This document shows, piece by piece, positions 45,228-55,300 of a DNA stretch of 64,000 bases (positions within the stretch are counted from its first letter, which is position 1; each line of letters starts with the position of its first letter). Source of the stretch: an uncultured Clostridia bacterium (GTDB lineage Bacteria > Bacillota > Clostridia > TANB77 > CAG-465). The stretch spans positions 8,188 to 72,187 of the forward strand of contig CANQYI010000004.1 in assembly GCA_947628005.1 (NCBI GenBank), written 5' to 3'. Under the pieces are notes generated by a model, which did not search any database, was not told where the DNA came from, and saw only the letters and a program-made list of their open reading frames with translations. A program made the position numbers and the translations under genes.

Positions 45228-46280
45228 ATGGATAAAGATGAAAATTGGAATGTGGAATTGTCTGGATACATTAAACAAGGTGAACCAAGAAGAAGTGAAA
45301 AAGCCAAAAATTGGGAAACTGCTATTGGACTTCAAGCGGTTGATGGATTAAGACCTTCAAAATATTTAATAAAAACTGCTAAAGAGCATATCGAAGGTAA
45401 TATTAATATAGATGAAGTAAAAAAAAGAATAGATGAGTATTATGAAATAGAAAATAATGAAAAATTAGATACTGATAGTGAAGAAGCAGATAAAGTTTCA
45501 ACTAGAATAACAGAAATTTTAAGTGAAAATAGTTTTAATTTTAATATCTTTGAATTAATTAATATTCATTCTAGACTTTTTAAAGGAATTTTTGAAGAAG
45601 CAGGGAAAATTAGAAATTATAATTTTACAAAGAAAGAGTGGATTTTAAATGAAGACACTGTAACATATTCTTCTTTTGAAATTATAAAAGATACATTAGA
45701 ATATGATTTAGAACAAGAAAGAAACTTTTCATATAAAGATTTATCTTTGGAAGAATCAATAAAACATATTTCAAAATTTACTTCTAATATTTGGCAGGTA
45801 CATCCTTTTTGTGAAGGAAATACTAGAACAACAGCGGTATTTATAATAAAATATTTAAGAACATTTGGATTTAACGTAAATGATGACGTGTTTGCTAAAA
45901 ATTCTTGGTATTTTAGAAATGCACTTGTTAGAGCAAACTATAAAAATTTTGAAAAAAATATTTTTGAAGATACATCTTTTTTAGAAAAATTTTTCTTTAA
46001 TTTATTAACTGATGCTAATTATGAACTAAAAAATAGATATACTCATATAGATTATAGGCAAGAAGAAAATGATATAAAATTAAATGATAAAAGATACACT
46101 TTAGAAGAACAAGCAATTATAAATATAATTAAAGATAACCAATCAGTTAAACAGGAAGAAATTGCTAAACTTATAAACAAGTCTCTTAGAACAACAAAAT
46201 CTATAATGAAACAAATGCAGGAAAAAAGTATTATTAAAAGAAGTAATGGAAAAAGAAATGGCAATTGGATAATATTGTAG
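45228..46280 (+). CDS. Fic-domain protein with degenerate motif, N-terminal inhibitory-helix-like segment and C-terminal winged-HTH
   Basis: Fic core reads HPFCEGNTRTTA (canonical HxFx(D/E)GNGRxxR, so G8 becomes T and R12 becomes A). N-terminal TAIGLQAVDGLRPS resembles the VbhA-type (S/T)xxxE(G/N) helix with D in place of E. C-terminal EEQAIINIIKDNQSVKQEEIAKLINKSLRTTKSIMKQMQEKSIIKRSNGKRNGNWIIL looks like a MarR/wHTH module. Confidence 0.85.
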   Translation: MDKDENWNVELSGYIKQGEPRRSEKAKNWETAIGLQAVDGLRPSKYLIKTAKEHIEGNINIDEVKKRIDEYYEIENNEKLDTDSEEADKVSTRITEILSENSFNFNIFELINIHSRLFKGIFEEAGKIRNYNFTKKEWILNEDTVTYSSFEIIKDTLEYDLEQERNFSYKDLSLEESIKHISKFTSNIWQVHPFCEGNTRTTAVFIIKYLRTFGFNVNDDVFAKNSWYFRNALVRANYKNFEKNIFEDTSFLEKFFFNLLTDANYELKNRYTHIDYRQEENDIKLNDKRYTLEEQAIINIIKDNQSVKQEEIAKLINKSLRTTKSIMKQMQEKSIIKRSNGKRNGNWIIL

Positions 46281-46437
46281 AATTATCAAAAAATTGAGTA
46301 TAATTTGACAGTTTTAAAAGTTTAATAAATGTATCACAATATATATTTTTTCTAGTAATTTACCACATTTTTTTACTAAAAAGTATTGAATATTTTTCGC
46401 TTTTAGTATAACATAAAATGTATATGGGGGTTTTTAT

Positions 46438-49400
46438 ATGAAAGATAATACTAAAAAGAAGAATCGTAAGATTATTAAAGGTATTTCTCTTATAGTTTTA
46501 ATTATTACTATAGTAGTTACTTTAATATTGTTATCAGTTGTTTTACTTACTATGGATAAAAATGATCCTAGAAAGGGAGCAACAGAAAACGTATTTAAAA
46601 GCGACTTTAAAACATTACAAGATCAGCTTGCTATGAAAAAGGTTGAAGTTATAGAGAAAGATAAAAATGCTGATGTAAATGTTTCAATTACATATGACAA
46701 GGATGAAGAACTTAAGGAATGGATAAGTTCAATTGATACTAGTATTTTGAATGGAATAGTAGAAATATGTAATGGAGAACTTGTATTTGTAGATAATAAT
46801 ATGAGTGACGAAGAGAAAATATGGGCAGAGGAAATGGCTGCTGTTATAGACTCTTGTGAAAGCTATTCAAAGAAAAGAGGAGGTTACTACTTTAAAGGAA
46901 AAGTAGGAACTCAAGAAATAGCAAATTATTCTTGGACAAATAGCGATGTAACAGTTGAAGTTGATACCTCAAAAGCAGAAGATATGAAAAATAAATATGA
47001 TTCTTATACATATAGTATAGATTCTGGTGATTATCAAAAATATAATAATCCATTTAAAGTTTCAACAGATAATAATACTACAAAAATATTTAAAATAAAA
47101 GGTGTTGCAACTTCATCAAAAGATTCTAAAGAATCAATTGATTTTGTTGAAGATTATGTAGTAAAAATAGATAAAATTGCTCCTACTGCACCAGATATAA
47201 CTAGAACAATAGTAGATGGTAAAACTCAAATTACTTTATCTGGAGCAAAAGATGCAGATTCAGGTGTAAAACTTTTACAGTATAGTTTGGATGGTGGTAA
47301 TTCATGGAATGATTATTCAAGTCCAATTCAAACAAGTACAAATGTTACACAAGTATTTTCAAGAGCTTGGGACAATGCAGGAAATGTTACTCCAGAAAAA
47401 GAATGGAAGAAAATAAATATAAAAGTTTCTCAGTTAAGTGATATAGTTGTTACATCACCTTCAACAGGAATATATAAAGCAGGTACAAGAATTGTATTTG
47501 TAGCTACATTCCAAGGTGGTGCACCTGCAGCTGTGCCTTCACTTGATTTGACATTTGGTCAAGGTAATGTAAAAGGTGCTGATATAGTAAACAGATCAAC
47601 AAATTCCATAACTTACAGTTATGTAATAGAAGATGGCGATAACGGAAAATTAGAGCTTGCAAATGGCAGATATAATGGACAAGATCAAAAACTTAATGGT
47701 TCAGAAGTAATAGCCGATACTATAAAACCTAAAATTACATATACAGGAGCAAATTATAACGGAACAACACAAAAAGCTATTATTACATCTATAAATGATC
47801 AAGTAAACATTCTATTTAAGGCAAGTGACTTAAATATAAATGAATCTGTTATGATAGCTAGAGATATAAAGGTATTACTTGATGGAACTGAAATAGACAG
47901 TTTATCTAGAGAGCTTGTAACTTCATCACCTTCAGGAGAAGATATAAATTTCAAATTAGTTTTGTCAGACTTTAGAATGGAAAAAGGTAATGTATCACTT
48001 ATTATTCCAGCAGATAAAGTAGATGATAAAGCATTTAATTATAATGACGAAATAAGATTAGATACAAATTATTATATTGAATGTAGAATAGATACAACAC
48101 CACCAGAAGTAGATTATGTAGAAATGTATAGTGATAATGAGTTCGGTGGAAAAAAATATGCTAAAAATGGGAATACAATAAATTTGAGAGTAAGATTTAA
48201 CGAAAATTTATCAGTTGCACCAACTATAACAATTGCAGGTAGAACAGCAACACTTAAATCAAGTGCTCCAAATAGTACAGAATATGAAGGTTATATATAT
48301 ATATCAGAAAGTGAAGTTGCACTTGGCGAAGCTTGGCTTGGTTATACTATTTCTGACTATAAAGATTTTATAGGAAATCCAGGTAAAACAGTAGAAAAAG
48401 AATCAACAACTACAAAGCCAACATATATGGATGATACTGTATTATATGATAGAACAGAGCCAAACATAAACTTTAATCCTACATATAGAAAGAAAGATAA
48501 AACTACAATAAATGATATAAACTCAACAAATGGATATTGTTATGATGCAGTATTTTCACCCAATGCAACAGATAACTTAAGTGGTATATTATCAGTAGCT
48601 TATAGATGGAATACTACTGATGCTTGGACAAAAACAGTACAACCATCTCCATCTGATACGGGTACTTATACTTTATATGCAGACATAACAGATAATTCAG
48701 GTAATAAAATTACCAAAACACATACAATAAAAGTTGATTGGGATTCACCAATAGTTCCAGAAATTAAACTTGAAGGAACACTTGGAACAAATGGATGGTA
48801 TACATCTGAAGTAGTACCAAAACTTGTTTCTACTCCAACAGATGCTTTATCAGGATTTGATTATGGAACATTTAGTCCTGAAAAATTAAGTACATCTGGA
48901 ACATTTACATATACATGTTATGATAAAGTAGGTAATCCTTCAACAGCATCAAAGGATGTTAAAGTTGATGCTGTTGAACCAAAAATATTGTTTAGTGTAT
49001 TTAGCTATGAAAATAGTAATAAGTCATCATCTCCACTTGTAAGTAAGGAAGTAGGAAATAATGGAGTTGTAGAATCTTATGAAGTTGCTAAAGTTCCAAG
49101 TACTTCTTCAAAAGATTGGGTAAAGTTTCCTGTTATGGTAGATGCAAAAGTACAAAATTCAATACCTTCTGGAATAACTTCTGTTACTTACTATGTAAAT
49201 GAAGAAGAAAATTATGGCTCTACAAGTGATAATTTTCCTACATCTGAAACATTATCTCCTTCCACTGTAACATGGAATAATACTATGAAAATTCCTACAG
49301 GAGGAAGAAGAATATTAAGACTAAAAATTGCTACTGGTTCAGGTAAAGAATTTACTTATGATGTAGAAGTTAATATAGATGTAACTGCTCCAAGTATAGA

Positions 49401-50679
49401 AACTCAAACTACATTAAAAAGTAAATCTGGAACAACGTTAGATGGAAGTAAAACAAATGGATATGCTTATAATGCTACAGTAGGAGTTACTGCTACTGAT
49501 AACGAAAGTGGAGTAGCTGAGAGATATTATGAGTGGTCTGATATAAATTCTCCTAAAGCATGGACTAGTTTTACTTCAACATCGCTTTCAACTTTAGCTA
49601 GTTTTTCTACTGGTACAAAATACTTACATTTAAAAGTTGTTGATAATGCAGGTAATGAAAGAGTTACATATGTTACTGTAAACTTAGACAGAACTGCACC
49701 AACACTTACTTTTAGTACTTCAGATTATAATGCATCAGGTGGTTCGATTGATATATCAAAAACGGGTAACTATTCACATCATTCAAATGTAACAATATCT
49801 TGTAAAGATACAAATTCGGGTGTAGATACTAAACAATATAAATGGGGTTCTTCATCAAGTTATTCAAATTTGCCAACTACTTCATCTGTTAAATCTCCTG
49901 GAACTACAGGAACACATACTTTGTATGCTAGAATAACTGATAAAGTAGGTAACTACGTTGAAAATAATATATCTAGGAAGATAGATGTAACTCCGCCTAG
50001 CAAGGCTTCAAATTTTGCTGTAAATCATTCTTTTTATAAAGGAAATAGTCCTGAAAATTCTAGTGTGACATTTACGGTAGTTGGTGCTACAGATTCACAA
50101 AGTGGTATATCAACTTACAATTTTTATAGGACTTCTTCTATTGTAGCAGGTAGTGGACCACAACTAGGGAAAAGTAACAATTGGTATTATGCATATCCTG
50201 ATGATAGTAAATATACATTGGAACAATCTTCCTCAGGTTCATCAGTAACTTTTCGTGGCTCAAAATCAAAGTTAGGTAAATTTTATTCGGTTTATATAAA
50301 AATATATGATAAAGTTGGAAATAGCCTAAAAATAGATAAAGGAGCATCAAGAAATTTTTATGAACCATGTAATCATTATTTTGGTGATTATTATAATTTT
50401 CCAACCAGTACTACTAATCCTAATACGAACTACGTTGTTGAAAAATACTATAGTGAGGGTTGGTCATGGAGATGTACGTCAGATAATCAATGCCATGTTG
50501 CTAATATAAATAACCAGGTTGTTTTAAGAAGATGTATGAGATGCAAAATGCCAGCTGCATATTTATATTGGCTAGGAAATGAACCTAAAAATGTAGTTGG
50601 AGTTAATTTCTTCCATCCATCGGGTTCTAGTTTACCAACTTATAAAACCAATTCATATAATAATACTTGTTATGATTAA
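46438..50679 (+). CDS. 1413-aa N-terminally anchored extracellular protein with repeated Ig-like modules and a Cys-rich C-terminal domain
   Basis: GGGGG RBS. N-terminus KKKNRKIIKG-ISLIVLIITIVVTLILL is prepilin-like but lacks Glu+5. At least 6 modules of about 100 aa share [AT]xDxxSG[VI]...Y...(W)...D.[AV]GN...[VI]D.T.P (for example AKDADSGVKLLQYSLDGGNSW, ATDNLSGILSVAYRW, ATDNESGVAERYYEW, CKDTNSGVDTKQYKW, ATDSQSGISTYNFY). The last ~110 aa contain 7 Cys. No LPXTG, SLH or CWB2 motif seen. Confidence 0.8.
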   Translation: MKDNTKKKNRKIIKGISLIVLIITIVVTLILLSVVLLTMDKNDPRKGATENVFKSDFKTLQDQLAMKKVEVIEKDKNADVNVSITYDKDEELKEWISSIDTSILNGIVEICNGELVFVDNNMSDEEKIWAEEMAAVIDSCESYSKKRGGYYFKGKVGTQEIANYSWTNSDVTVEVDTSKAEDMKNKYDSYTYSIDSGDYQKYNNPFKVSTDNNTTKIFKIKGVATSSKDSKESIDFVEDYVVKIDKIAPTAPDITRTIVDGKTQITLSGAKDADSGVKLLQYSLDGGNSWNDYSSPIQTSTNVTQVFSRAWDNAGNVTPEKEWKKINIKVSQLSDIVVTSPSTGIYKAGTRIVFVATFQGGAPAAVPSLDLTFGQGNVKGADIVNRSTNSITYSYVIEDGDNGKLELANGRYNGQDQKLNGSEVIADTIKPKITYTGANYNGTTQKAIITSINDQVNILFKASDLNINESVMIARDIKVLLDGTEIDSLSRELVTSSPSGEDINFKLVLSDFRMEKGNVSLIIPADKVDDKAFNYNDEIRLDTNYYIECRIDTTPPEVDYVEMYSDNEFGGKKYAKNGNTINLRVRFNENLSVAPTITIAGRTATLKSSAPNSTEYEGYIYISESEVALGEAWLGYTISDYKDFIGNPGKTVEKESTTTKPTYMDDTVLYDRTEPNINFNPTYRKKDKTTINDINSTNGYCYDAVFSPNATDNLSGILSVAYRWNTTDAWTKTVQPSPSDTGTYTLYADITDNSGNKITKTHTIKVDWDSPIVPEIKLEGTLGTNGWYTSEVVPKLVSTPTDALSGFDYGTFSPEKLSTSGTFTYTCYDKVGNPSTASKDVKVDAVEPKILFSVFSYENSNKSSSPLVSKEVGNNGVVESYEVAKVPSTSSKDWVKFPVMVDAKVQNSIPSGITSVTYYVNEEENYGSTSDNFPTSETLSPSTVTWNNTMKIPTGGRRILRLKIATGSGKEFTYDVEVNIDVTAPSIETQTTLKSKSGTTLDGSKTNGYAYNATVGVTATDNESGVAERYYEWSDINSPKAWTSFTSTSLSTLASFSTGTKYLHLKVVDNAGNERVTYVTVNLDRTAPTLTFSTSDYNASGGSIDISKTGNYSHHSNVTISCKDTNSGVDTKQYKWGSSSSYSNLPTTSSVKSPGTTGTHTLYARITDKVGNYVENNISRKIDVTPPSKASNFAVNHSFYKGNSPENSSVTFTVVGATDSQSGISTYNFYRTSSIVAGSGPQLGKSNNWYYAYPDDSKYTLEQSSSGSSVTFRGSKSKLGKFYSVYIKIYDKVGNSLKIDKGASRNFYEPCNHYFGDYYNFPTSTTNPNTNYVVEKYYSEGWSWRCTSDNQCHVANINNQVVLRRCMRCKMPAAYLYWLGNEPKNVVGVNFFHPSGSSLPTYKTNSYNNTCYD

Positions 50680-50693
50680 TTAGGAGAAGATAA

Positions 50694-52190
50694 ATGAAAG
50701 TTAATATTTTAATACAAGAAAATAATAATAACACTTTAATAGAAAAGATTGAAAAGTGTTTTAGTAATAAACCAAAAAAAGTTTATATAATATCTGGTGA
50801 AGTGAAGGAAACAGGATTAAAGCTTATTGAAGAAGAAATGATAGATTCAAAAGCTAAAATGTTTTTCGCACTCGGAATTGATAAAAAAAATACAGTTAGA
50901 AGTATGTTAGAAATGATGTTAAGTTATACTAATGATGTATATATATATTCAAATAATTTAGATATTGAATTTGAAGGTAGCATAATTATGTTTGAATATG
51001 CAAATGAAGTCGTTATGTATAACTTCGCATCTGGTATATCTGAGGGAAGTCTTAGGGATAATATCAATGTTTATTTAGAAATCTTATATGATTTAACACA
51101 GAAAGATCAAAAAGATGATTATAAAGAGCTTATAAAAAATATTATTTCTAAGCTTCAAAAAGATATATTTAAAAAGATTGAAAAATCTGATATTGATGAA
51201 CTTGTAGAAAGTAAAGAAATCTTTTCTACAAAGCAATATAGTCATACTGTTAAGAGTATATCTGAATTACTTGGAAAATCTAATAAACCAGCTACAACTG
51301 AAGATAAAGTAATTGATGATGATGCTTTAGTAAGAGATATTCCAAAGGTAGATTTATCTGATGTTGATATAGATTTTGATTTTTCTGATGTTGAGGATGA
51401 AATAAAAATAGATGATGAACCATCAAGTAAAAATTTAACTAAAGAAAAATCAGATGACGTTGAAATTGATGATGAACAAATAAAACAATATGATAAAGAT
51501 GCAAATAAATTGCTTAAAGATTTTGAGTATAATGAAGATTATATAGATAAAGATAATGAATTATACGATGAAAGTTTAGAAAATTCTGAGTTTGATGAAA
51601 ATGATACACTTGATATAGAAAATTTACTATTTTCAAAGGCAGATGTAAAGTTAAACATGAATAAGGCTAAAGCATCAAAAAAAGATGAAAGTAAAAATTT
51701 AGATGATGAAGATTTAGTTAAAGTAAAAAAAGTAAATCTTAATAATGTTACAAATTTGATATTTGAATTGCCTTCACGTCCACAAAAAGAACAAGATACA
51801 TCTGTTATAAAGATTCCAAATTATATTAAACAAATGATTCCTGAATTCTTTGGATTTGGTGATGATGATTGTAAGAATGTTAAAATAGGAACAAGTATTT
51901 ATAAAACTAGAGATGTAAATTTAGAGATAATTGATGCTCAAGAGAATCAAAAGTATAATGATAGAGAAGGCAAACTTATGCAAAAGCAGGGTCAGACATA
52001 CCTTACATTCTCAACCGAAAAGTTAAAGCAAATAAATTATGAAGAAAATGATATAGCAAGAATTATAAAACTTTCAGATGATACTTATCATATAGAAATA
52101 ATATCAAAAAAATTACAAGAATATAAACTTTGGTCAAAGATTTGTAATCAAAAATTTAAATCTAGTCAAAGGAAATATGGAATGATGTAA
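50694..52190 (+). CDS. Acidic 498-aa protein: PLD/NgoFVII-like N-domain without HKD residues, acidic linker, B3/AbrB-like C-domain (by-eye inference)
   Basis: AGGAG RBS, 14 nt after the giant gene. The N-domain pattern KKVYIISGEVKETGLKLIEE...FFALGIDKKNTVRSMLEMM...FEGSIIMFEY...VVMYNFASGISEGSL follows the spacing of PLD-fold nuclease domains, but H and K are replaced (FEGS). The C-terminal VIKIPNYIKQMIPEFFG...TYLTFSTEKLKQINYEENDIARIIKLSDDTYHIEII resembles a B3-type pseudobarrel. Confidence 0.5.
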   Translation: MKVNILIQENNNNTLIEKIEKCFSNKPKKVYIISGEVKETGLKLIEEEMIDSKAKMFFALGIDKKNTVRSMLEMMLSYTNDVYIYSNNLDIEFEGSIIMFEYANEVVMYNFASGISEGSLRDNINVYLEILYDLTQKDQKDDYKELIKNIISKLQKDIFKKIEKSDIDELVESKEIFSTKQYSHTVKSISELLGKSNKPATTEDKVIDDDALVRDIPKVDLSDVDIDFDFSDVEDEIKIDDEPSSKNLTKEKSDDVEIDDEQIKQYDKDANKLLKDFEYNEDYIDKDNELYDESLENSEFDENDTLDIENLLFSKADVKLNMNKAKASKKDESKNLDDEDLVKVKKVNLNNVTNLIFELPSRPQKEQDTSVIKIPNYIKQMIPEFFGFGDDDCKNVKIGTSIYKTRDVNLEIIDAQENQKYNDREGKLMQKQGQTYLTFSTEKLKQINYEENDIARIIKLSDDTYHIEIISKKLQEYKLWSKICNQKFKSSQRKYGMM

Positions 52191-52210
52191 AAATTTTAAT
52201 TATTGGTTAA

Positions 52211-52237
52211 AAAAAGTGGATTTTTCCACTTTTTTTA
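52211..52237 (+). terminator. Rho-independent terminator
   Basis: aaaaagtgg / ccacttttt stem plus T-run. Confidence 0.6.
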
Positions 52238-52260
52238 ATGCCCAAATTGTGCAAAAAAGC

Positions 52261-52289
52261 TTGAAAAATGGATTATTTTATAATATAAT
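52261..52289 (+). promoter_or_regulatory. smc promoter TTGAAA-17-TATAAT
   Basis: TTGAAA at 52261-52266, 17-nt spacer, TATAAT at 52284-52289. Confidence 0.55.
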
Positions 52290-52313
52290 TTTTCTGTAGA
52301 GGAGAAAAAATAT

Positions 52314-55300
52314 ATGCAATTAAAAAAGTTAGAATTACAAGGTTTTAAATCTTTTGCAGATAAAACAGAAATAGAATTTTTAGATGGTGTTACGACAATA
52401 GTTGGTCCTAACGGAAGTGGAAAATCTAATATATCAGATTCTTTACGTTGGGTACTTGGAGAACAAAGCACTAAGTCACTTCGTGGCTCAAAGATGGAAG
52501 ATGTTATTTTTTCAGGAACAGAGGCAAGAAAAAAACAAGGATTTGCTGAAGTATCTATGATAATAGATAATTCTGATATGACTTTACCAATTGATTTTAA
52601 AGAAGTTGTAATTACGAGAAGAATTTATCGTTCAGGCGAAAGTAATTACTTAATAAATGGCAGTGAATGTAGATTAAAAGATATACAAGAATTATTTATG
52701 GATACAGGCGTTGGAAAAGATGGATACAGTATAATCGGACAGGGTAAAATAGATGAAATTTTATCAACTAAATCTGAGGAAAGGCGTCATATCTTTGAAG
52801 AAGCAGCAGGTATAGTAAAATATAGAACTAGAAAAGAAGAGGCAACAAGAAAATTAGAAAGCACTAATATTTCTTTAGATAAAGTAAATTCTGTTTTAAA
52901 TGAGATAGAAAATACAATAGAACCACTTAGAAAAAAATCTGAAACAGCTAAAACTTATTTAAGTTTAAGAGATGAATTAAAACAGTTAGATGTGAGATTG
53001 TTTTTAAAGCTTCTAGACAATAATAATAAAGATTTAGAAAAAATCGATTTACAAATTTCTGATTTACAAAAAAGTATAGATGACATTGAAAAATTATCAA
53101 GTGAGCAGGAATCTAAAAAAAATGATATTAAATCAAGAATAAATGAGGTTTCACTAAAAATAGAAGAGACTCAAACTAAATTTTTTGAAACAGAAAATGA
53201 TGTTGAAAAATTAAATTCTAAGATAAATGTATTTGAAGCACAAATAGAATATTCTAATGAAAATATAAAAAGATTAGAATTAGAAGTTAGTGAAGATAAA
53301 GAAAAAATAGAAATATTAAAACAAGAAATTGATTCAAAATTAAAGAAAAAAGAATCAATGAATGAAAATAAGAAAAAATTTGAAGTAGAACTTAAAGAAA
53401 AAGAAGATGAACTTAAAATTTTAATGTCCAACATGGACAAAAGAGGACTAGAAATAGAAAATCTAAAAAAAGATGTAGAAGCTAAAGTAGAAGAAAAATA
53501 TAATTTAAAATCTAATATAAGTAATACTCAAGTTTTAATAGATTCAATTAAAGTACAATTAGAAAATATAGAAAAAAATCATAATAAAAATATAGTTCAA
53601 AAAGATAGTATTAATGCTCAAAAATCTGATTTGTCTAGTAAACTTAATAGCAAAAATTCTGAATTAAAAAAAGTAGAAACAAAAATAAATGAAATTAATA
53701 CTAGAAGAGAAAGCATATTAAACGAACATGATAGTATATCAAAAACTTCTGAAAATTTAAAAGAAGAAATAATGACTATAAGATCAAAACTTACATATCT
53801 TAAAAATTTAAATTTAGAAAATGAAGGTTATCAAAAAAGCGTAAAATCTATTTTAGATTATGCTAAAAATAAGAATTTAAAGCAGGTATATGGTTCAGTC
53901 GCTTCTCTTATTTCTACTAATGAAAAGTATGAATATGCTATTGAAATTGCTCTTGGAGGTTATTTACAAAATATAGTTGTAGATACAGATCAAGATGCAA
54001 AAGAGTTAATTGAATATTTAAAAGAAAATTCACTTGGCAGGGCAACTTTTTTACCACTAAATAAAATAAGAAAAGTAAAAGATGACAAATATTCTAATTT
54101 GAAAGAATATAAAGGCTTTTTAGGAATGGCAAGTGAACTTGTAAAATATGATGATAAATTTAAAGATGTAATAAATTTATCATTAAATAATGTGGCTATA
54201 GTAGATAATATAGATAATGCAATGGTAATTTCTAATAAGTTTAAAAATAATATAAGAATTGTAACTCTTTCTGGTGATTTGATAATGCAATCTGGTAGTA
54301 TGACTGGAGGAAAAATAGCAGGAAAGACAGCAGGACTTATAGGAAGAAAAGAAAAAATAAATGAACTTGAAAGATTATCAGAGAAAAAAGAAGAAAAGAT
54401 AAAAGAAATTAATTCAAAATTAAATGATATAGATAAAGAATTAAATAATATAAATGTCGAGTATGATAAATTAAATTCTGATAAAGAGGCTCTAAAAATA
54501 GATGTAGCAACACTTACTCAAATGTATGAGAATACAAAAAATGAAATTTCAAGACTTGAAAAAAATTATGAGAACTTTAATAATCAAAAAGAAGAATTAG
54601 AAAAGAAAATAGTATCAAGTGAGGATAGTATAGTTGCTAATAACTTGATGCTTGAAGAATTAGATAAAAAAATAGATGAAAAGCAACAGATAATAGATGA
54701 ATATGCTAGATTTAATAAAGAAAAACAACAACAAATTGATTATTTAAATGAAGATGTAGTAAATCTTAAAATATCTTTATCTTCTTTTGATGAATCAGTA
54801 GCTTCAATAGATGAAATGAAAGAGAAGATAGAAGCTGATATATCTAATTTTGAAACTTTGATATCAAAGAAACAGACTCAAAAAGAAGAATTACAGGCTA
54901 GTATAATAGATAGTACGAATGGAATTACTAGTTTAAATGAACAAATAGAACAAAAAAGAAACTTCAAAAATGAATTTGAAAGTATTTCTTTAAAATTAAA
55001 AACTGAAAAAGATGAATGTGTTAAGAAGCAAGAAGAAATAGAAAAAGTTATACTTGATAATATTAAAAAGAGTGAAAATCTAAAATCTGAAAAAGCAAAA
55101 TTTGAAAATAAGAAAGTAAGATTTGATATTGAAATAGAAAATTTAAAAACTAAAATGTGGGAAGATTATGAAATTACAGTTTCTAGTGCAAGAGCTTTAG
55201 TTGAAACTTTACCAGTTTTAGAAGAAAATATTAATATACAAAAAGCAGTTGAAAAGTTGCAAAATAAAATAAAAAATTTAGGTGAAGTTAATGTTTCTGC

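Noticed and set aside
45027-52313. A classical integrative element at tRNA-Gln
   Set aside because: There is no integrase or recombinase gene. I found no duplicate of the tRNA-Gln 3' end (ggttcgaatccagctacccca) near the smc-proximal boundary. Composition is native. I kept it as an accessory island, not a recognisable mobile element.
52235-52471. 78-aa minus-strand ORF
   Set aside because: It is antisense to the smc Walker A region and covers the smc promoter, so it is spurious.
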